Below are positions 1 through 9,402 of a stretch of DNA of 64,000 bases, in pieces; within the stretch, counting starts at the first letter, position 1; each line of letters opens with the position of its first letter. The stretch covers positions 3,427-67,426 of the forward strand of contig DATAOY010000087.1 in assembly GCA_036265495.1 (NCBI GenBank), given 5' to 3'. This stretch comes from Nocardioides sp. GTDB taxonomy: Bacteria > Actinomycetota > Actinomycetes > Propionibacteriales > Nocardioidaceae. The translations under genes and the position numbers were made by a program. The notes beneath the pieces are model-generated. The model made no database searches and had not been told where the DNA came from. It saw nothing but the letters and a program-made list of their open reading frames with translations.

Positions 1-1196
1 ACGGGATCGCCGAAGTCCACACCGTTCTCGACCCAGATCTTCGCCCCCACCAGACCGATCATGCCGTAGAGGATGACGGTGATGCCGCCGAGGACGCCGC
101 CGGGGGTCGCGGACACCATCGCGCCGAACTTCGGACAGAGCCCGAGCAGGATGGCGACGACGGCGGCCACGTAGTACGCGGCGGTCGAGTAGACCTTGGT
201 GGCCCCCATGACCCCGATGTTCTCGGCGTACGTCGTCGTGGGCGAGCCGCCGAAGGTGCTGGACAGCGCGGTCGCGAAGCCGTCGGCCGCGAGGGCGCGA
301 CCCATGTAGGGGTCGAGGTCGGTCTTGGTCATCTCGGCGACGGCCTTCACGTGTCCGGTGTTCTCGGCGATCAGCGCGATCACGCCGGGGAGGACCAGCA
401 GGATGAAGGTCAGCGAGAAGCTGGGGCTGTGCACCACGGACACGCCGTCGGGGAGCTTGCCGTGCGGGAACCCGATCCAGTCCGCAGCCTTGACCCCGGT
501 CCAGCTGACCCGGTCGTGGTCGACCTTCTCGCCGGTGGCTGCGGTCGCGCCCGTGATCGTGTGGATCTGGCCGAAGAGCGCGTCGGCCAGCCAGGACAGC
601 AGGTAGCCGAAGACCAGGGCGAGCAGCACCGCGATCCGGGCCCAGAAGCCCGGCAACAGACAGGCGGCACACACCATGAACGTCGCGGTGGCCAGGGCGA
701 TCCACTGGTCCTGCGGCCAGTAGATCCCGGCGACGACCGGGGCGAGGTTGAAGCCGATCAGCATGACGACCGCGCCGGTGACCGCGGGCGGCAGCACCTT
801 GTGGATGACGCCGGAGCCGGCGAAGTGGACCAGGATGCCGACCGCGCCGAGCACGAGCCCGGCCACCAGGATCGCACCGGTGACGTAGGCCGAGTCGCCG
901 TTGGAGTGGGTACGGATCGCCGCCACGCTGGCCACGAACGACGCGCTGGTGCCGAGGTAGCTCGGCACCCGGTTGGAGGTGACCAGCAGGAACAGGATCG
1001 TGCAGATGCCCGAGAACATGATCGCCAGGTTGGGGTCGAGACCCATGACCAGCGGGAACACGAACGTGGCCCCGAACATCGCGACCACATGCTGGGCGCC
1101 GAGCCCGACCGTCCTGCCCCACGGAAGGCGTTCATCGGGGGCCACGGGCTCGCCGGGAGCCGGGGTCACCTCCCGCCAGCTGAACATCGTCGACAT
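1..1196 (-). CDS. NCS2-family uracil/xanthine permease (3' end outside window)
   Basis: Not in the ORF track because it runs off the edge. Minus-strand translation gives GLGAQHVVAMFGATFVFP, VPSYLGTS and PTTTYAENIGV (NCS2 signature). ATG at 1196 with a GGAGGA RBS. Confidence 0.9.
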   Translation of the reverse strand, partial: MSTMFSWREVTPAPGEPVAPDERLPWGRTVGLGAQHVVAMFGATFVFPLVMGLDPNLAIMFSGICTILFLLVTSNRVPSYLGTSASFVASVAAIRTHSNGDSAYVTGAILVAGLVLGAVGILVHFAGSGVIHKVLPPAVTGAVVMLIGFNLAPVVAGIYWPQDQWIALATATFMVCAACLLPGFWARIAVLLALVFGYLLSWLADALFGQIHTITGATAATGEKVDHDRVSWTGVKAADWIGFPHGKLPDGVSVVHSPSFSLTFILLVLPGVIALIAENTGHVKAVAEMTKTDLDPYMGRALAADGFATALSSTFGGSPTTTYAENIGVMGATKVYSTAAYYVAAVVAILLGLCPKFGAMVSATPGGVLGGITVILYGMIGLVGAKIWVENGVDFGDP

Positions 1197-1346
1197 CTGA
1201 TCCTCCTCGATGCGCAGGGGACCGAGCGCCCCAGTTGGTGAGGCACATCACACACCCAATCGGGCGGATTTCCGCGCAGGAACGCCGATCACGGCGGCGG
1301 AGACGGCGGATCCACGCGGGGTCGACGCGGGCGCTAGCGTGGGCCC

Positions 1347-2156
1347 GTGACCCTCGACGCCACCTCCCGGGACCCGCGTCCGAGCCCCGTTCCGGTGGCC
1401 GCACCACCCCGGATCGCCGCGCGGATCGAGAGCGCTCCCGACGGGCCGGTACCGGTGCTCCATGCCGGCCGAGACATGGTGCATCTCGAGGTCGCGGGCG
1501 GGGCCGTCGGCGTGGCGGCCGCGGGCGCTCCCGGACTCCCGCACAGCCTCCGTACCAATCTCGTCTCGCTGTCGTCATCCGGGGTCCCGACGGCTTATCT
1601 TGACTCCGGGATCCTGCACCTGGGCGGACGCGCCCTGGTGGTCGGTCGGCTCGTGGATGTTCGCGCGCCACGCCTCGATTCGGCACGGATACCCACGGCG
1701 AGCCCGGCCGCCGTCCAGGGAACCCCCCGGTCCCACGGCGCCGGGCTCGTCGCCGGTCCCGGGGGCGTCGACATCCGGCACATCGACGTCCGGCACATCG
1801 ACCCGGTGGCGGTGGCCGGCCTGGTCGGCCGGGGCGACGGGCTGACCCCCTTCGGGGACGACGTCCTGTGCGGCTGGCTCGCGGCACACCGAGCCGCCTG
1901 CGTCGCGACGCAGGCGGTCGACGACGCCGTACGCCGTGCCCTGCCGCGCACCACCACCCTCTCCGCGACCCTGCTCGAGTGCGCGCTCGCAGGCGAGGTC
2001 GCCGACCTCGCCGCCGGCTACCTGCGTGCCCTGGGTACGCCGTCCGAGCGGGCCGCCCGGGCCGCGCTGGCCGCCCTCGGCCACAGCTCCGGCGAGGGGC
2101 TCGCCCTCGGCATCGACCTCGGGGTGGCCGGGCTCGTCGGGCGGGTGGCGGCATGA
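1347..2156 (+). CDS. DUF2877 (YlbF/AllH-like) protein
   Basis: LVGRGDGLTPFGDDVLCG and GHSSG motifs. First gene of the operon; TAGCGT -10 just before the GTG. Confidence 0.85.
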   Translation: MTLDATSRDPRPSPVPVAAPPRIAARIESAPDGPVPVLHAGRDMVHLEVAGGAVGVAAAGAPGLPHSLRTNLVSLSSSGVPTAYLDSGILHLGGRALVVGRLVDVRAPRLDSARIPTASPAAVQGTPRSHGAGLVAGPGGVDIRHIDVRHIDPVAVAGLVGRGDGLTPFGDDVLCGWLAAHRAACVATQAVDDAVRRALPRTTTLSATLLECALAGEVADLAAGYLRALGTPSERAARAALAALGHSSGEGLALGIDLGVAGLVGRVAA

Positions 2157-3553
2157 CCACCGACCACGTCGAGCTGCGCACCGGCGTCTACGCCGACTCG
2201 GTCACCCTGCTGCAGGTGAGCCGCCAGGTGCAGCAGCTGCCCGGGGTGACGGCCGCCCAGGTGGCGATGGCGACGCCGCTGAACGTCGAGGTCCTCGAGC
2301 GCATGCGGTTCGCGATCCCCGACGAGGCCACGGTCAACCACCTGGTCGTCGCGATCCGGCTCGACGACGACGGTGAGCTCGACGCCGTACGGGCCGAGGT
2401 CGACCGTGCCCTGACCGACCGGCGGCCGGCGGCGTCCGGGCCCACCGAGGACGCACCACCGCGCACCACGGACGCGGCCCTGCGCCGCGAGCCGGGGTCG
2501 CTGGTGCTGGTCTCGGTACCCGGCCCGAGCGCGGCCGTCGAGGCGATGGACGCGCTCGAGTCCGGGTCGGACGTGATGGTGTTCAGCGACAACGTCCCGG
2601 TGGAGCAGGAGGTCGCGCTCAAGCGGTACGCCGCCGACCGCGACCTGCTGGTGATGGGACCCGACTGCGGCACCGCTGTGGTGGGCGGCATCGGGCTCGG
2701 GTTCGCCAACGTGGTGACCCCCGGGCCGGTCGGCATCGTGGCAGCCTCCGGCACGGGCTGCCAGCAGGTGCTCGCGCTGCTCGACCATGCCGGCGTCGGC
2801 GTCGGCACCGCGTTCGGCGTGGGCGGGCGCGACCTGTCCGCCGAGGTCGGTGGTCTCGCCACCCGCACCGCCCTCGCCAGGCTCGACCGCGACCCCGGCG
2901 TCGAGCTGGCCATGCTGATCTCCAAGCCGCCGGCCGACGCGGTCGCCGATGCGCTGACGGCGTACACCGGGTCGCTGGGCACACCGGTCCACCTGGCGCT
3001 CCTCGGCGCCGGCCGCCCCGATCTCACCGCGGCCACGGAGGACCTGCTGCGGGCGCTCGGCCGCGAGGTACCGACCTGGCCGGTGCGAGGCGAGACCAGG
3101 GCGGCCACCGGCCCGCGGCTGCAGGGCCTGTTCGTGGGCGGCACGATGAAGCAGGAGGCGGCGGTGCTGGTGACCGCGGCCGGTGTCGCCCCAGGTGCGG
3201 CCGAGCTCGTCGACTTCGGTGACGACGAGTACACGACCGGCCGGGCCCATCCGATGATCGACCCGTCCCTGCGCCTGGAGCGGCTGGCCGAGGTCGCCGC
3301 CGACGAGACGACCGGCGTCGTGCTGATGGACGTGGTGCTGGGGCACGGCGCCGAGGAGGACCCGGCGGCGGCGCTGGCGCCGGCGATCGAGGGCATCGGG
3401 CCGCCGGTGGTGATCACCGTGGTCGGCACCTCGCACGACCCGCAGGGGCTGGACCGCCAGGTCGACGCCCTCGCCGCGGCCGGGGCCGAGGTCCACCTGT
3501 CCAACGCCCACGCGACCCGGCGCGCGCTGGCGATCCTGGGCGGGTCCCGATGA
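2153..3553 (+). CDS. fdrA: FdrA (AllF-like) acyl-CoA synthetase-like protein
   Basis: YADSVTLL, FSDNV, MGPDCGT, ASGTG, GVGGRDL and GRAHPMIDP motifs. ATGA overlap with the upstream stop. Confidence 0.9.
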   Translation: MTTDHVELRTGVYADSVTLLQVSRQVQQLPGVTAAQVAMATPLNVEVLERMRFAIPDEATVNHLVVAIRLDDDGELDAVRAEVDRALTDRRPAASGPTEDAPPRTTDAALRREPGSLVLVSVPGPSAAVEAMDALESGSDVMVFSDNVPVEQEVALKRYAADRDLLVMGPDCGTAVVGGIGLGFANVVTPGPVGIVAASGTGCQQVLALLDHAGVGVGTAFGVGGRDLSAEVGGLATRTALARLDRDPGVELAMLISKPPADAVADALTAYTGSLGTPVHLALLGAGRPDLTAATEDLLRALGREVPTWPVRGETRAATGPRLQGLFVGGTMKQEAAVLVTAAGVAPGAAELVDFGDDEYTTGRAHPMIDPSLRLERLAEVAADETTGVVLMDVVLGHGAEEDPAAALAPAIEGIGPPVVITVVGTSHDPQGLDRQVDALAAAGAEVHLSNAHATRRALAILGGSR

Positions 3554-4977
3554 GCACCCCGACGAGCGAGCGCGTGGTCAGCGTCGGGGTCGACCTGCTC
3601 GCCCAGGCCCTGGAGAACCAGGCCGCGCCGGTCTCACGGGTCGACTGGCGACCGCCGCTGGCCGGCACGGAGGACGACCTGGCGGCCGTGGCGCTCGACC
3701 CGCTGCGACCCGGCGCCAACGCACGGGCGCTGGAGCGGATGCTGGCCGTCCAGGCCGTGCTCGTCGACGTCCTGCCCGCGCACGAGGCGCTCGGGCTGGA
3801 GGCGGGACGGTTCCTGCACGCCGGCCCGCCGATCGCCTGGGAGCGGGCGTCCGGCCCGTTGCGCGGAGCCCTGATGGGGGCGGCCGCGCTGGAGGGACTG
3901 GTCGACGACCCCGAGGACGCCGTGGCGCTGTTCGAGGCGGGCACCTCGGTGTCCCTCGAGCCCTGCCATCACCATCGCTGCGTCGGGCCGATGGCGGGCG
4001 TGGTGACCCCCAGCATGTGGGTGTTCGTGCTCGAGGACCCCGCCACCGGAGCCCGTACCCACTGCACGCTCAACGAGGGCCTCGGCAAGGTGCTTCGGTA
4101 CGGCGCGTACTCCCCCGAGGTGCTCACCCGCCTGCGCTGGATGAACGAGGTCCTCGGTCCCCTCCTCCAGGGCGCCGTGCGGGCAACCACGGACGACGGC
4201 GAGCCCGTCGACGTCACCGCGATCCTCGGCCAGATGCTGCAGATGGGCGACGAGGCCCACAACCGCAACCGGGCCGGCACCCTGATGTTCCTGCGCGACC
4301 TCGGCCCCGCTCTGGTCGCCACCGGTGGCGACGTCGCCGACGTCGCCGAGGCACTGCGGTTCGTCGGCGGCAACGACCACTTCTTCCTCAACCTCGCGAT
4401 GCCCGCCTGCAAGCTCGCCCTCGACGCGGGGCGCGACGTACCCGGCTCCACGATGGTGGTGGCGATGTCGCGCAACGGCACCGACTTCGGCATCCAGGTC
4501 TCCGGCACCGGCGACGAGTGGTTCACGGGCCCGGCGCAGATCGCCGACGGTCTCTACCTCGGCGACTTCGGTCCCGACGACGCGAACCCCGACATCGGCG
4601 ACTCGGCGATCACCGAGACCGCCGGCCTCGGCGGCTTCGCGATGGCGACGGCGCCAGCGATCGTGCGGTTCGTGGGCGGGTCGGTGCCGGACGCGCTCGC
4701 GACCACCCGCCGGATGCAGGAGATCACGCTCGGGGAGAACCCCCGCTGGAGCGTGCCGATCCTGGAGTTCGCCGGGGTGCCCTCGGGCATCGACGTGTCG
4801 AAGGTCTGCCGTACCGGGATCCTCCCGCAGATCAACACCGGGATGGCCGGACGCGTGGCCGGGATCGGCCAGGTCGGCGCCGGGCTGGTGACGCCGCCCG
4901 ACGAGATCTTCCCGAAGGCACTGACCCGGCTGGCCCAGCTCACCGCAGGGCGGGCGGCCTCCAGAAGGCCCGCTTGA
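3550..4977 (+). CDS. DUF1116 (YlbE/AllG-like) protein
   Basis: LHAGPP, GPMAG, NEGLGKVLRYGA, MGDEAHNRN, PDIGDSAITE and PQINTG motifs. ATGA overlap. Confidence 0.9.
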   Translation: MSTPTSERVVSVGVDLLAQALENQAAPVSRVDWRPPLAGTEDDLAAVALDPLRPGANARALERMLAVQAVLVDVLPAHEALGLEAGRFLHAGPPIAWERASGPLRGALMGAAALEGLVDDPEDAVALFEAGTSVSLEPCHHHRCVGPMAGVVTPSMWVFVLEDPATGARTHCTLNEGLGKVLRYGAYSPEVLTRLRWMNEVLGPLLQGAVRATTDDGEPVDVTAILGQMLQMGDEAHNRNRAGTLMFLRDLGPALVATGGDVADVAEALRFVGGNDHFFLNLAMPACKLALDAGRDVPGSTMVVAMSRNGTDFGIQVSGTGDEWFTGPAQIADGLYLGDFGPDDANPDIGDSAITETAGLGGFAMATAPAIVRFVGGSVPDALATTRRMQEITLGENPRWSVPILEFAGVPSGIDVSKVCRTGILPQINTGMAGRVAGIGQVGAGLVTPPDEIFPKALTRLAQLTAGRAASRRPA

Positions 4978-5263
4978 TGTCGACGTTCCCGGTCGGGCGC
5001 AGGGGCGTGCCCTCCTCGAGGTAGTAGGGCCGCGCGTCGACGTCGTGGCTCGGCGGCAGCGAGCCGTCGGCCCGGACGACGCGCCACCAGGGCACCGGGC
5101 CGCCGTGCTGTGCCATCACGGAGCCGACGAGTCGCGGACCACCGCCGCCCGCGACCTGGCCGACCACCTCCGCGATGGCGCCGTAAGTAGTGACCCGGCC
5201 GCGCGGCACCCGCTCGACGCAACCGAGCACGAGCTCGACGTACTGCTCGTGGTCGAGGGCCAT
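4940..5263 (-). CDS. Alkyltransferase-like (ATL/YbaZ) MGMT-family DNA-binding protein
   Basis: VPRGRVTTYGAIA and PWWRVV, with Trp in place of the catalytic Cys of PCHRV. Confidence 0.85.
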   Translation of the reverse strand: MALDHEQYVELVLGCVERVPRGRVTTYGAIAEVVGQVAGGGGPRLVGSVMAQHGGPVPWWRVVRADGSLPPSHDVDARPYYLEEGTPLRPTGNVDIKRAFWRPPALR

Positions 5264-5267
5264 CGGC

Positions 5268-5786
5268 TCACATCCGCCGGTCGCCCGACGAGGGGTAGAG
5301 AGCGGTCGCCAGCACCGCCATCGCCAGCCCGGCCGCCAGCCCGATGACCCAGTACGACGCGGAGGTGGCCCGGCCCGCCTCGGCGTCGACCACCAGCCAG
5401 GTCAGGGGCGCGATCGTCCACACCAGGACGCCGCGGCGGGCCCACAGCAGGACGGCGCCCGCGTCCGGAGCCAGCCGGGCCGGCCCGTACGACGCCAGGG
5501 TGCCGGCGAGGTGTGCGGCCAGAAGCGCCGCCGCAGCGGCGATCGAGGAGAGCGGAAGGCCGTCCTCCATCTCGACCGTCCACCAGGCCACCACGATGGC
5601 CAGCGCCCCGTTGCCGACGTAGTGCTCGGGCATCACCGCGAAGGCGAACGAGAAGATCCCGACGACCACCACGAGCCACGTCGGCGGCGTGCGGCCCTGC
5701 GGCGACGCGGCCAGCAGAGCCACGATCGGGCCGAGGAAGATCACCAGCCGCAGCGCCCACCCGCCGCCCGGGAACCGCCGGATCAC
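5268..5786 (-). CDS. Hypothetical integral membrane protein
   Basis: About 5 hydrophobic segments. The GTG overlaps the DUF58 stop. Confidence 0.7.
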   Translation of the reverse strand: MIRRFPGGGWALRLVIFLGPIVALLAASPQGRTPPTWLVVVVGIFSFAFAVMPEHYVGNGALAIVVAWWTVEMEDGLPLSSIAAAAALLAAHLAGTLASYGPARLAPDAGAVLLWARRGVLVWTIAPLTWLVVDAEAGRATSASYWVIGLAAGLAMAVLATALYPSSGDRRM

Positions 5787-7069
5787 CGGACACCCGCCCG
5801 GGGCAGCTGGGCCCGGAGCGCCAACCGCCGGACCACCTCCTCCAGCGTCCGCGGGCCGTGCCACGCGACGATCGGGCAGCCGGCCGCGGCGAGCCGCTCC
5901 AGCACGTGGCGCCGCTCGATCAACCTCATCCGCCAGGCGAGCGACGCGATCTCGGGGTCGGTCTCGGTGGAGACCGACGGCGCGGCGTCGTCGGGCAGGG
6001 TGTCGACCACGATCACCGGCAGGCCTCGGCGCAGGAGCCGGACCGCGAGCGTGGCCATCCCGTCGGAGAGCATCGGGCTGAGGACCACGACCATGGTGCC
6101 GGCGACCGTCCGGAAGTCGATGTGCTCGACCTCCACGTCGTGCGGCAGGCCGGGCCGGGTGTGCGCCATCTGGCCGAGGATGCGGCGGAGATGGCGGGTG
6201 CCCGACCCGTAGCCGACGTGCTCGGCACCGGGGCCCACCACGCGCAGGGACACCCGGTCGCCCTGCCGGATGTACTGCTGGGCGATGGCCGTGGTCGCCC
6301 GCATCGCGATGTCGAGGCTCGACTCGTCACCGTCGACCCCCTGCGAGACGCCGTAGTCGGCCAGGGCGTCGACGATCAGGAGCAGGGCGGTGTCCTCCTC
6401 CGACCTGGTGGACACCACGTGCAGCGAGCCGGTCCGCAGCGAGACGCGCCAGTTGATCCGTCGCATCCGGTCGCCCGAGTGGTACGCACGGACCGAGGAG
6501 AACTCCGTGCCGTCGCCCTCGCGGCCGGAGCGGTGCGCGCCGATCAGCCCGATCGGCTGCGGGGCGGCCGCGGTCGCGTGGTACGCCGCGGCCGTCGGCA
6601 GCACCGAGACCTCGCGACCGACGAAGGCCACCGGTCCCCAGCGATAGCCGGCCCATCGGCTGAACAGGGCGACCTTCTCCTCCCCGATCCGGCGCTGTCC
6701 CCACCGGCGCGGGGAGATGTGCAGCGGGCGCGGCCGGTCCACGAGGTGGCCGAGGACGCCGGACACCGGACGCAGGGCGACGTGCTCGGCCTGGGCAGCG
6801 ACCCGGGTCACGAACTCGGTCTCGTCGGCCGGCTCGATCTCCAGCCGCGACGTGGTGCCCTGGCCCTCGTGCAGCACCGGGTACGTCGTACCGGGCAGGA
6901 CGAGGGGGCGCTCACGCGGCTTGTTGAGCAGCCCGGCCGCGCCCATCACCACCAGCGGCGCCACCAGCACGACCGCCACCGGCCGGCCCAGCACGAGCGC
7001 CAGGGCCAGCCCCACCCCGGACACGAGCAGGGCACGGGCGAGCGCCCCCGACGCGCGCCACTCGGTCAT
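5783..7069 (-). CDS. DUF58 domain protein (MoxR-associated)
   Basis: GTEFSSVRAYHSGDRMRRINWRVS motif and N-terminal TM segments. ATGA overlap with moxR. Confidence 0.9.
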   Translation of the reverse strand: MTEWRASGALARALLVSGVGLALALVLGRPVAVVLVAPLVVMGAAGLLNKPRERPLVLPGTTYPVLHEGQGTTSRLEIEPADETEFVTRVAAQAEHVALRPVSGVLGHLVDRPRPLHISPRRWGQRRIGEEKVALFSRWAGYRWGPVAFVGREVSVLPTAAAYHATAAAPQPIGLIGAHRSGREGDGTEFSSVRAYHSGDRMRRINWRVSLRTGSLHVVSTRSEEDTALLLIVDALADYGVSQGVDGDESSLDIAMRATTAIAQQYIRQGDRVSLRVVGPGAEHVGYGSGTRHLRRILGQMAHTRPGLPHDVEVEHIDFRTVAGTMVVVLSPMLSDGMATLAVRLLRRGLPVIVVDTLPDDAAPSVSTETDPEIASLAWRMRLIERRHVLERLAAAGCPIVAWHGPRTLEEVVRRLALRAQLPRAGVR

Positions 7070-8067
7070 CGCTCGAAGCTCTCCAGGGTGCTCGGGCTGG
7101 GCACCGAGCCGAGCACGCCGTCGACCACCCGTGGGCCGCTGGCCTGCGTCATCCACAGCTCGGGCTTGACCGTGATCCGGTGCGACAGCACGGCGCGGGC
7201 GACGGCCTTGACGTCTTCGGGGATCACGTAGTCGCGGCCACGGACGAGGGCGAACCCCCGGGCCGCGAGGGCCAGGCCCAACGACCCGCGGGGGGACGAC
7301 CCGGTCAGGACGTCCTTGTGGTCACGGGTGGCCGTCGCCAGCGCGACGCAGTACTGGGTGACCGTGTCGTCCACCGTCACCGTCTCGACGGCAGCCTGCA
7401 TCGCCCTCAGTCCGGCGCCGTCGGTCAGCTGGTGCAGGTCGACCTCCTCCTGCCCGCGGGCCAGCCGGCGCTGCACCACGTCGTACTCCTCGTCGGAGGT
7501 CGGGTACCCGAAGCTGACTCGCATCAGGAAGCGGTCCAGCTGCGCCTCGGGCAGCGGGTAGGTGCCTTCGTACTCGATCGGGTTCGCGGTCGCCAGCACG
7601 TGGAACGGTTCGGCCAGCGGGAACGTCTCGCCCTCGACGGTCACCTGGCGTTCCTGCATCGCCTCGAGCAGCGCCGACTGCGTCTTGGGTGGTGTGCGGT
7701 TGATCTCGTCGGCCAGCAGGATCCCGGTGAACAGCGGTCCGCGCCGGAACTCGAAGGACCCCTCCTGCTGGTTGTAGAGGAAGGAGCCGGTGATGTCGGC
7801 AGGCAGCAGATCGGGCGTGAACTGCACCCGGCTGAACTCCAGCCCCAGCACCCGGGCCAGGCTGCGCGCCGCGAGGGTCTTGCCCAGCCCGGGGAAGTCC
7901 TCGAGCAGCACGTGGCCCTTGGCGAGCACCGAGGACATCACGAGCGTCAACGGCAGGCGCTTGCCGACGACGGCCTGTTCCACCTCGTCGAGCACGGCCT
8001 TGGCGAGCTCCGAGGCCTCGGCCACGGTCATCGCCGGGGCGGGCGGGGACACGGATGACTGGGTCAC
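7066..8067 (-). CDS. MoxR-family AAA+ ATPase
   Basis: LLEDFPGLGKT, QFTPDLLPAD, LADEINR, ATANPIEYEGTYPLPEAQLDRF and SPRG motifs. Confidence 0.95.
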   Translation of the reverse strand: MTQSSVSPPAPAMTVAEASELAKAVLDEVEQAVVGKRLPLTLVMSSVLAKGHVLLEDFPGLGKTLAARSLARVLGLEFSRVQFTPDLLPADITGSFLYNQQEGSFEFRRGPLFTGILLADEINRTPPKTQSALLEAMQERQVTVEGETFPLAEPFHVLATANPIEYEGTYPLPEAQLDRFLMRVSFGYPTSDEEYDVVQRRLARGQEEVDLHQLTDGAGLRAMQAAVETVTVDDTVTQYCVALATATRDHKDVLTGSSPRGSLGLALAARGFALVRGRDYVIPEDVKAVARAVLSHRITVKPELWMTQASGPRVVDGVLGSVPSPSTLESFER

Positions 8068-8549
8068 GGTGACAGCTCCTCGATCCTCCGGATGCACTCC
8101 TCGAGCGTGCCTCGACCGAGCTGACGAGGCGCCGAGTCGAGAACCTCGCACAGCGTAGGCCCCAACCGCTCGTCGACCCCTGGATCGCCTCGCCGGAGGC
8201 CGAGCTCGGCGAGACGTCCCCGGGTGAGCACCGACAGGCGGTGCTGCAGGACCGGCTCGACGACGCGCGACGTCAGGTGGTTCTCGAGCATGCGCACGTT
8301 GCGGTTGAGGCCCGGGTCCTGACCGGCCGGGTGCACCGAACGGGCGGAGACCACCTCCCAGTCCGGAGCCGGCACCGTGGTCAGGTCGACCACCAGACCG
8401 ATCGCGAAGACCCCGACCGCGATCAGCAGGACCAGCCGCAGCAGGTCGGGAGTCACCTGCTCGTAGCGGGAGACGCCCACCGTGGCCAGCAGCAGGACCA
8501 GCGAGATCACCACGCGCGGGACCCACCAGCGCTTCCGGGTCGTGGTCAT
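8064..8549 (-). CDS. Hypothetical membrane protein of the MoxR operon
   Basis: Two N-terminal TMs. Overlaps both neighbours by 4 nt. Confidence 0.75.
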   Translation of the reverse strand: MTTTRKRWWVPRVVISLVLLLATVGVSRYEQVTPDLLRLVLLIAVGVFAIGLVVDLTTVPAPDWEVVSARSVHPAGQDPGLNRNVRMLENHLTSRVVEPVLQHRLSVLTRGRLAELGLRRGDPGVDERLGPTLCEVLDSAPRQLGRGTLEECIRRIEELSP

Positions 8550-9280
8550 CGCGCGACCGTCCGACCCGATCCGATCGTGTCGCGGATCCGTGCCAGGGCC
8601 TCGACCGCGCGCTGTCGGTCGGCCTCGGTGATGTCGTGCTCGGAGAAGCGGGCCTCACGGTAGAGCACGGCCAGCCGCGACACGGCCGAGGGATCGGCCG
8701 AGACCACGTCGAGCAGCCGCAGGGTGAACTCCGACGAGGTCTCCCAGGGCTTCCGGGCCAGGCCCACGCGCTCGGCCTGCTCCTCGAAGCGCTCCCAGCA
8801 CGCCACGATCGCGTTGCGCGGCTCTCCCCCGAGCAGCAGCTCGAGCTGGAGGTCCGCGTCCCGCCGCATCTCCTCGACCAGCGGCTCGGGATCGTCGAGC
8901 ACGTCGAAGTCCACCTCGAGCGGCGCCGGCTCGCGGCTCCGCCTGGCCTGCAGGTCCTGGGCCAGCCAGCGCAGTCCACGCCACACCAGGGACAGCAACC
9001 ACAGCGCCAGGGCGATCCGCAGCACGGTGCCGATCAGGCCCGCGAACGGCAGGTCGGAGTGCCCGTGCGGGAGCTGGTCGGTCCGGTTCGGCCCGGGCGA
9101 CTGGGTGGGGCCGGAGGACGACGGCTGCTCCGTCGGCGCATGGAAGATCGAGTCGCGCGGCGTGCCGTGGACCAGACCCGACGGGCCGACCCCGGCGGCC
9201 ACGCCCACGAGCAGCACCACCAGGACGACCCCGGCCAGGCTGAACCCGAGCGCCAGGGCGCCCGCACGGCGGGGTTGCAT
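8546..9280 (-). CDS. DUF4129 domain membrane protein
   Basis: ETSSEF and LYREARFS motifs. TAGGTT -10 lies 6 nt before the ATG. Confidence 0.85.
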   Translation of the reverse strand: MQPRRAGALALGFSLAGVVLVVLLVGVAAGVGPSGLVHGTPRDSIFHAPTEQPSSSGPTQSPGPNRTDQLPHGHSDLPFAGLIGTVLRIALALWLLSLVWRGLRWLAQDLQARRSREPAPLEVDFDVLDDPEPLVEEMRRDADLQLELLLGGEPRNAIVACWERFEEQAERVGLARKPWETSSEFTLRLLDVVSADPSAVSRLAVLYREARFSEHDITEADRQRAVEALARIRDTIGSGRTVAR

Positions 9281-9356
9281 GTGCGCAACCTAGCCCGAAC
9301 CCGGGCGGGCTCCATGCGTGCCGCTCGACAACGATTGGGTAACGCCCCTGGACGGC

Positions 9357-9388
9357 GACGAGCCCCCGCGCGGGTGCGGGGGCTCGTC
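9357..9388 (-). terminator. Perfect 13-bp stem-loop, probable terminator of the protease gene
   Basis: GACGAGCCCCCGC-6nt-GCGGGGGCTCGTC, 14 nt after the stop codon. Confidence 0.7.
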
Positions 9389-9402
9389 CTCCGGAGGCTC
9401 CG

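Noticed and set aside
1230-1300. Possible PucR-type operator in the permease/DUF2877 divergent region
   Set aside because: No clear dyad or repeat that I could define.
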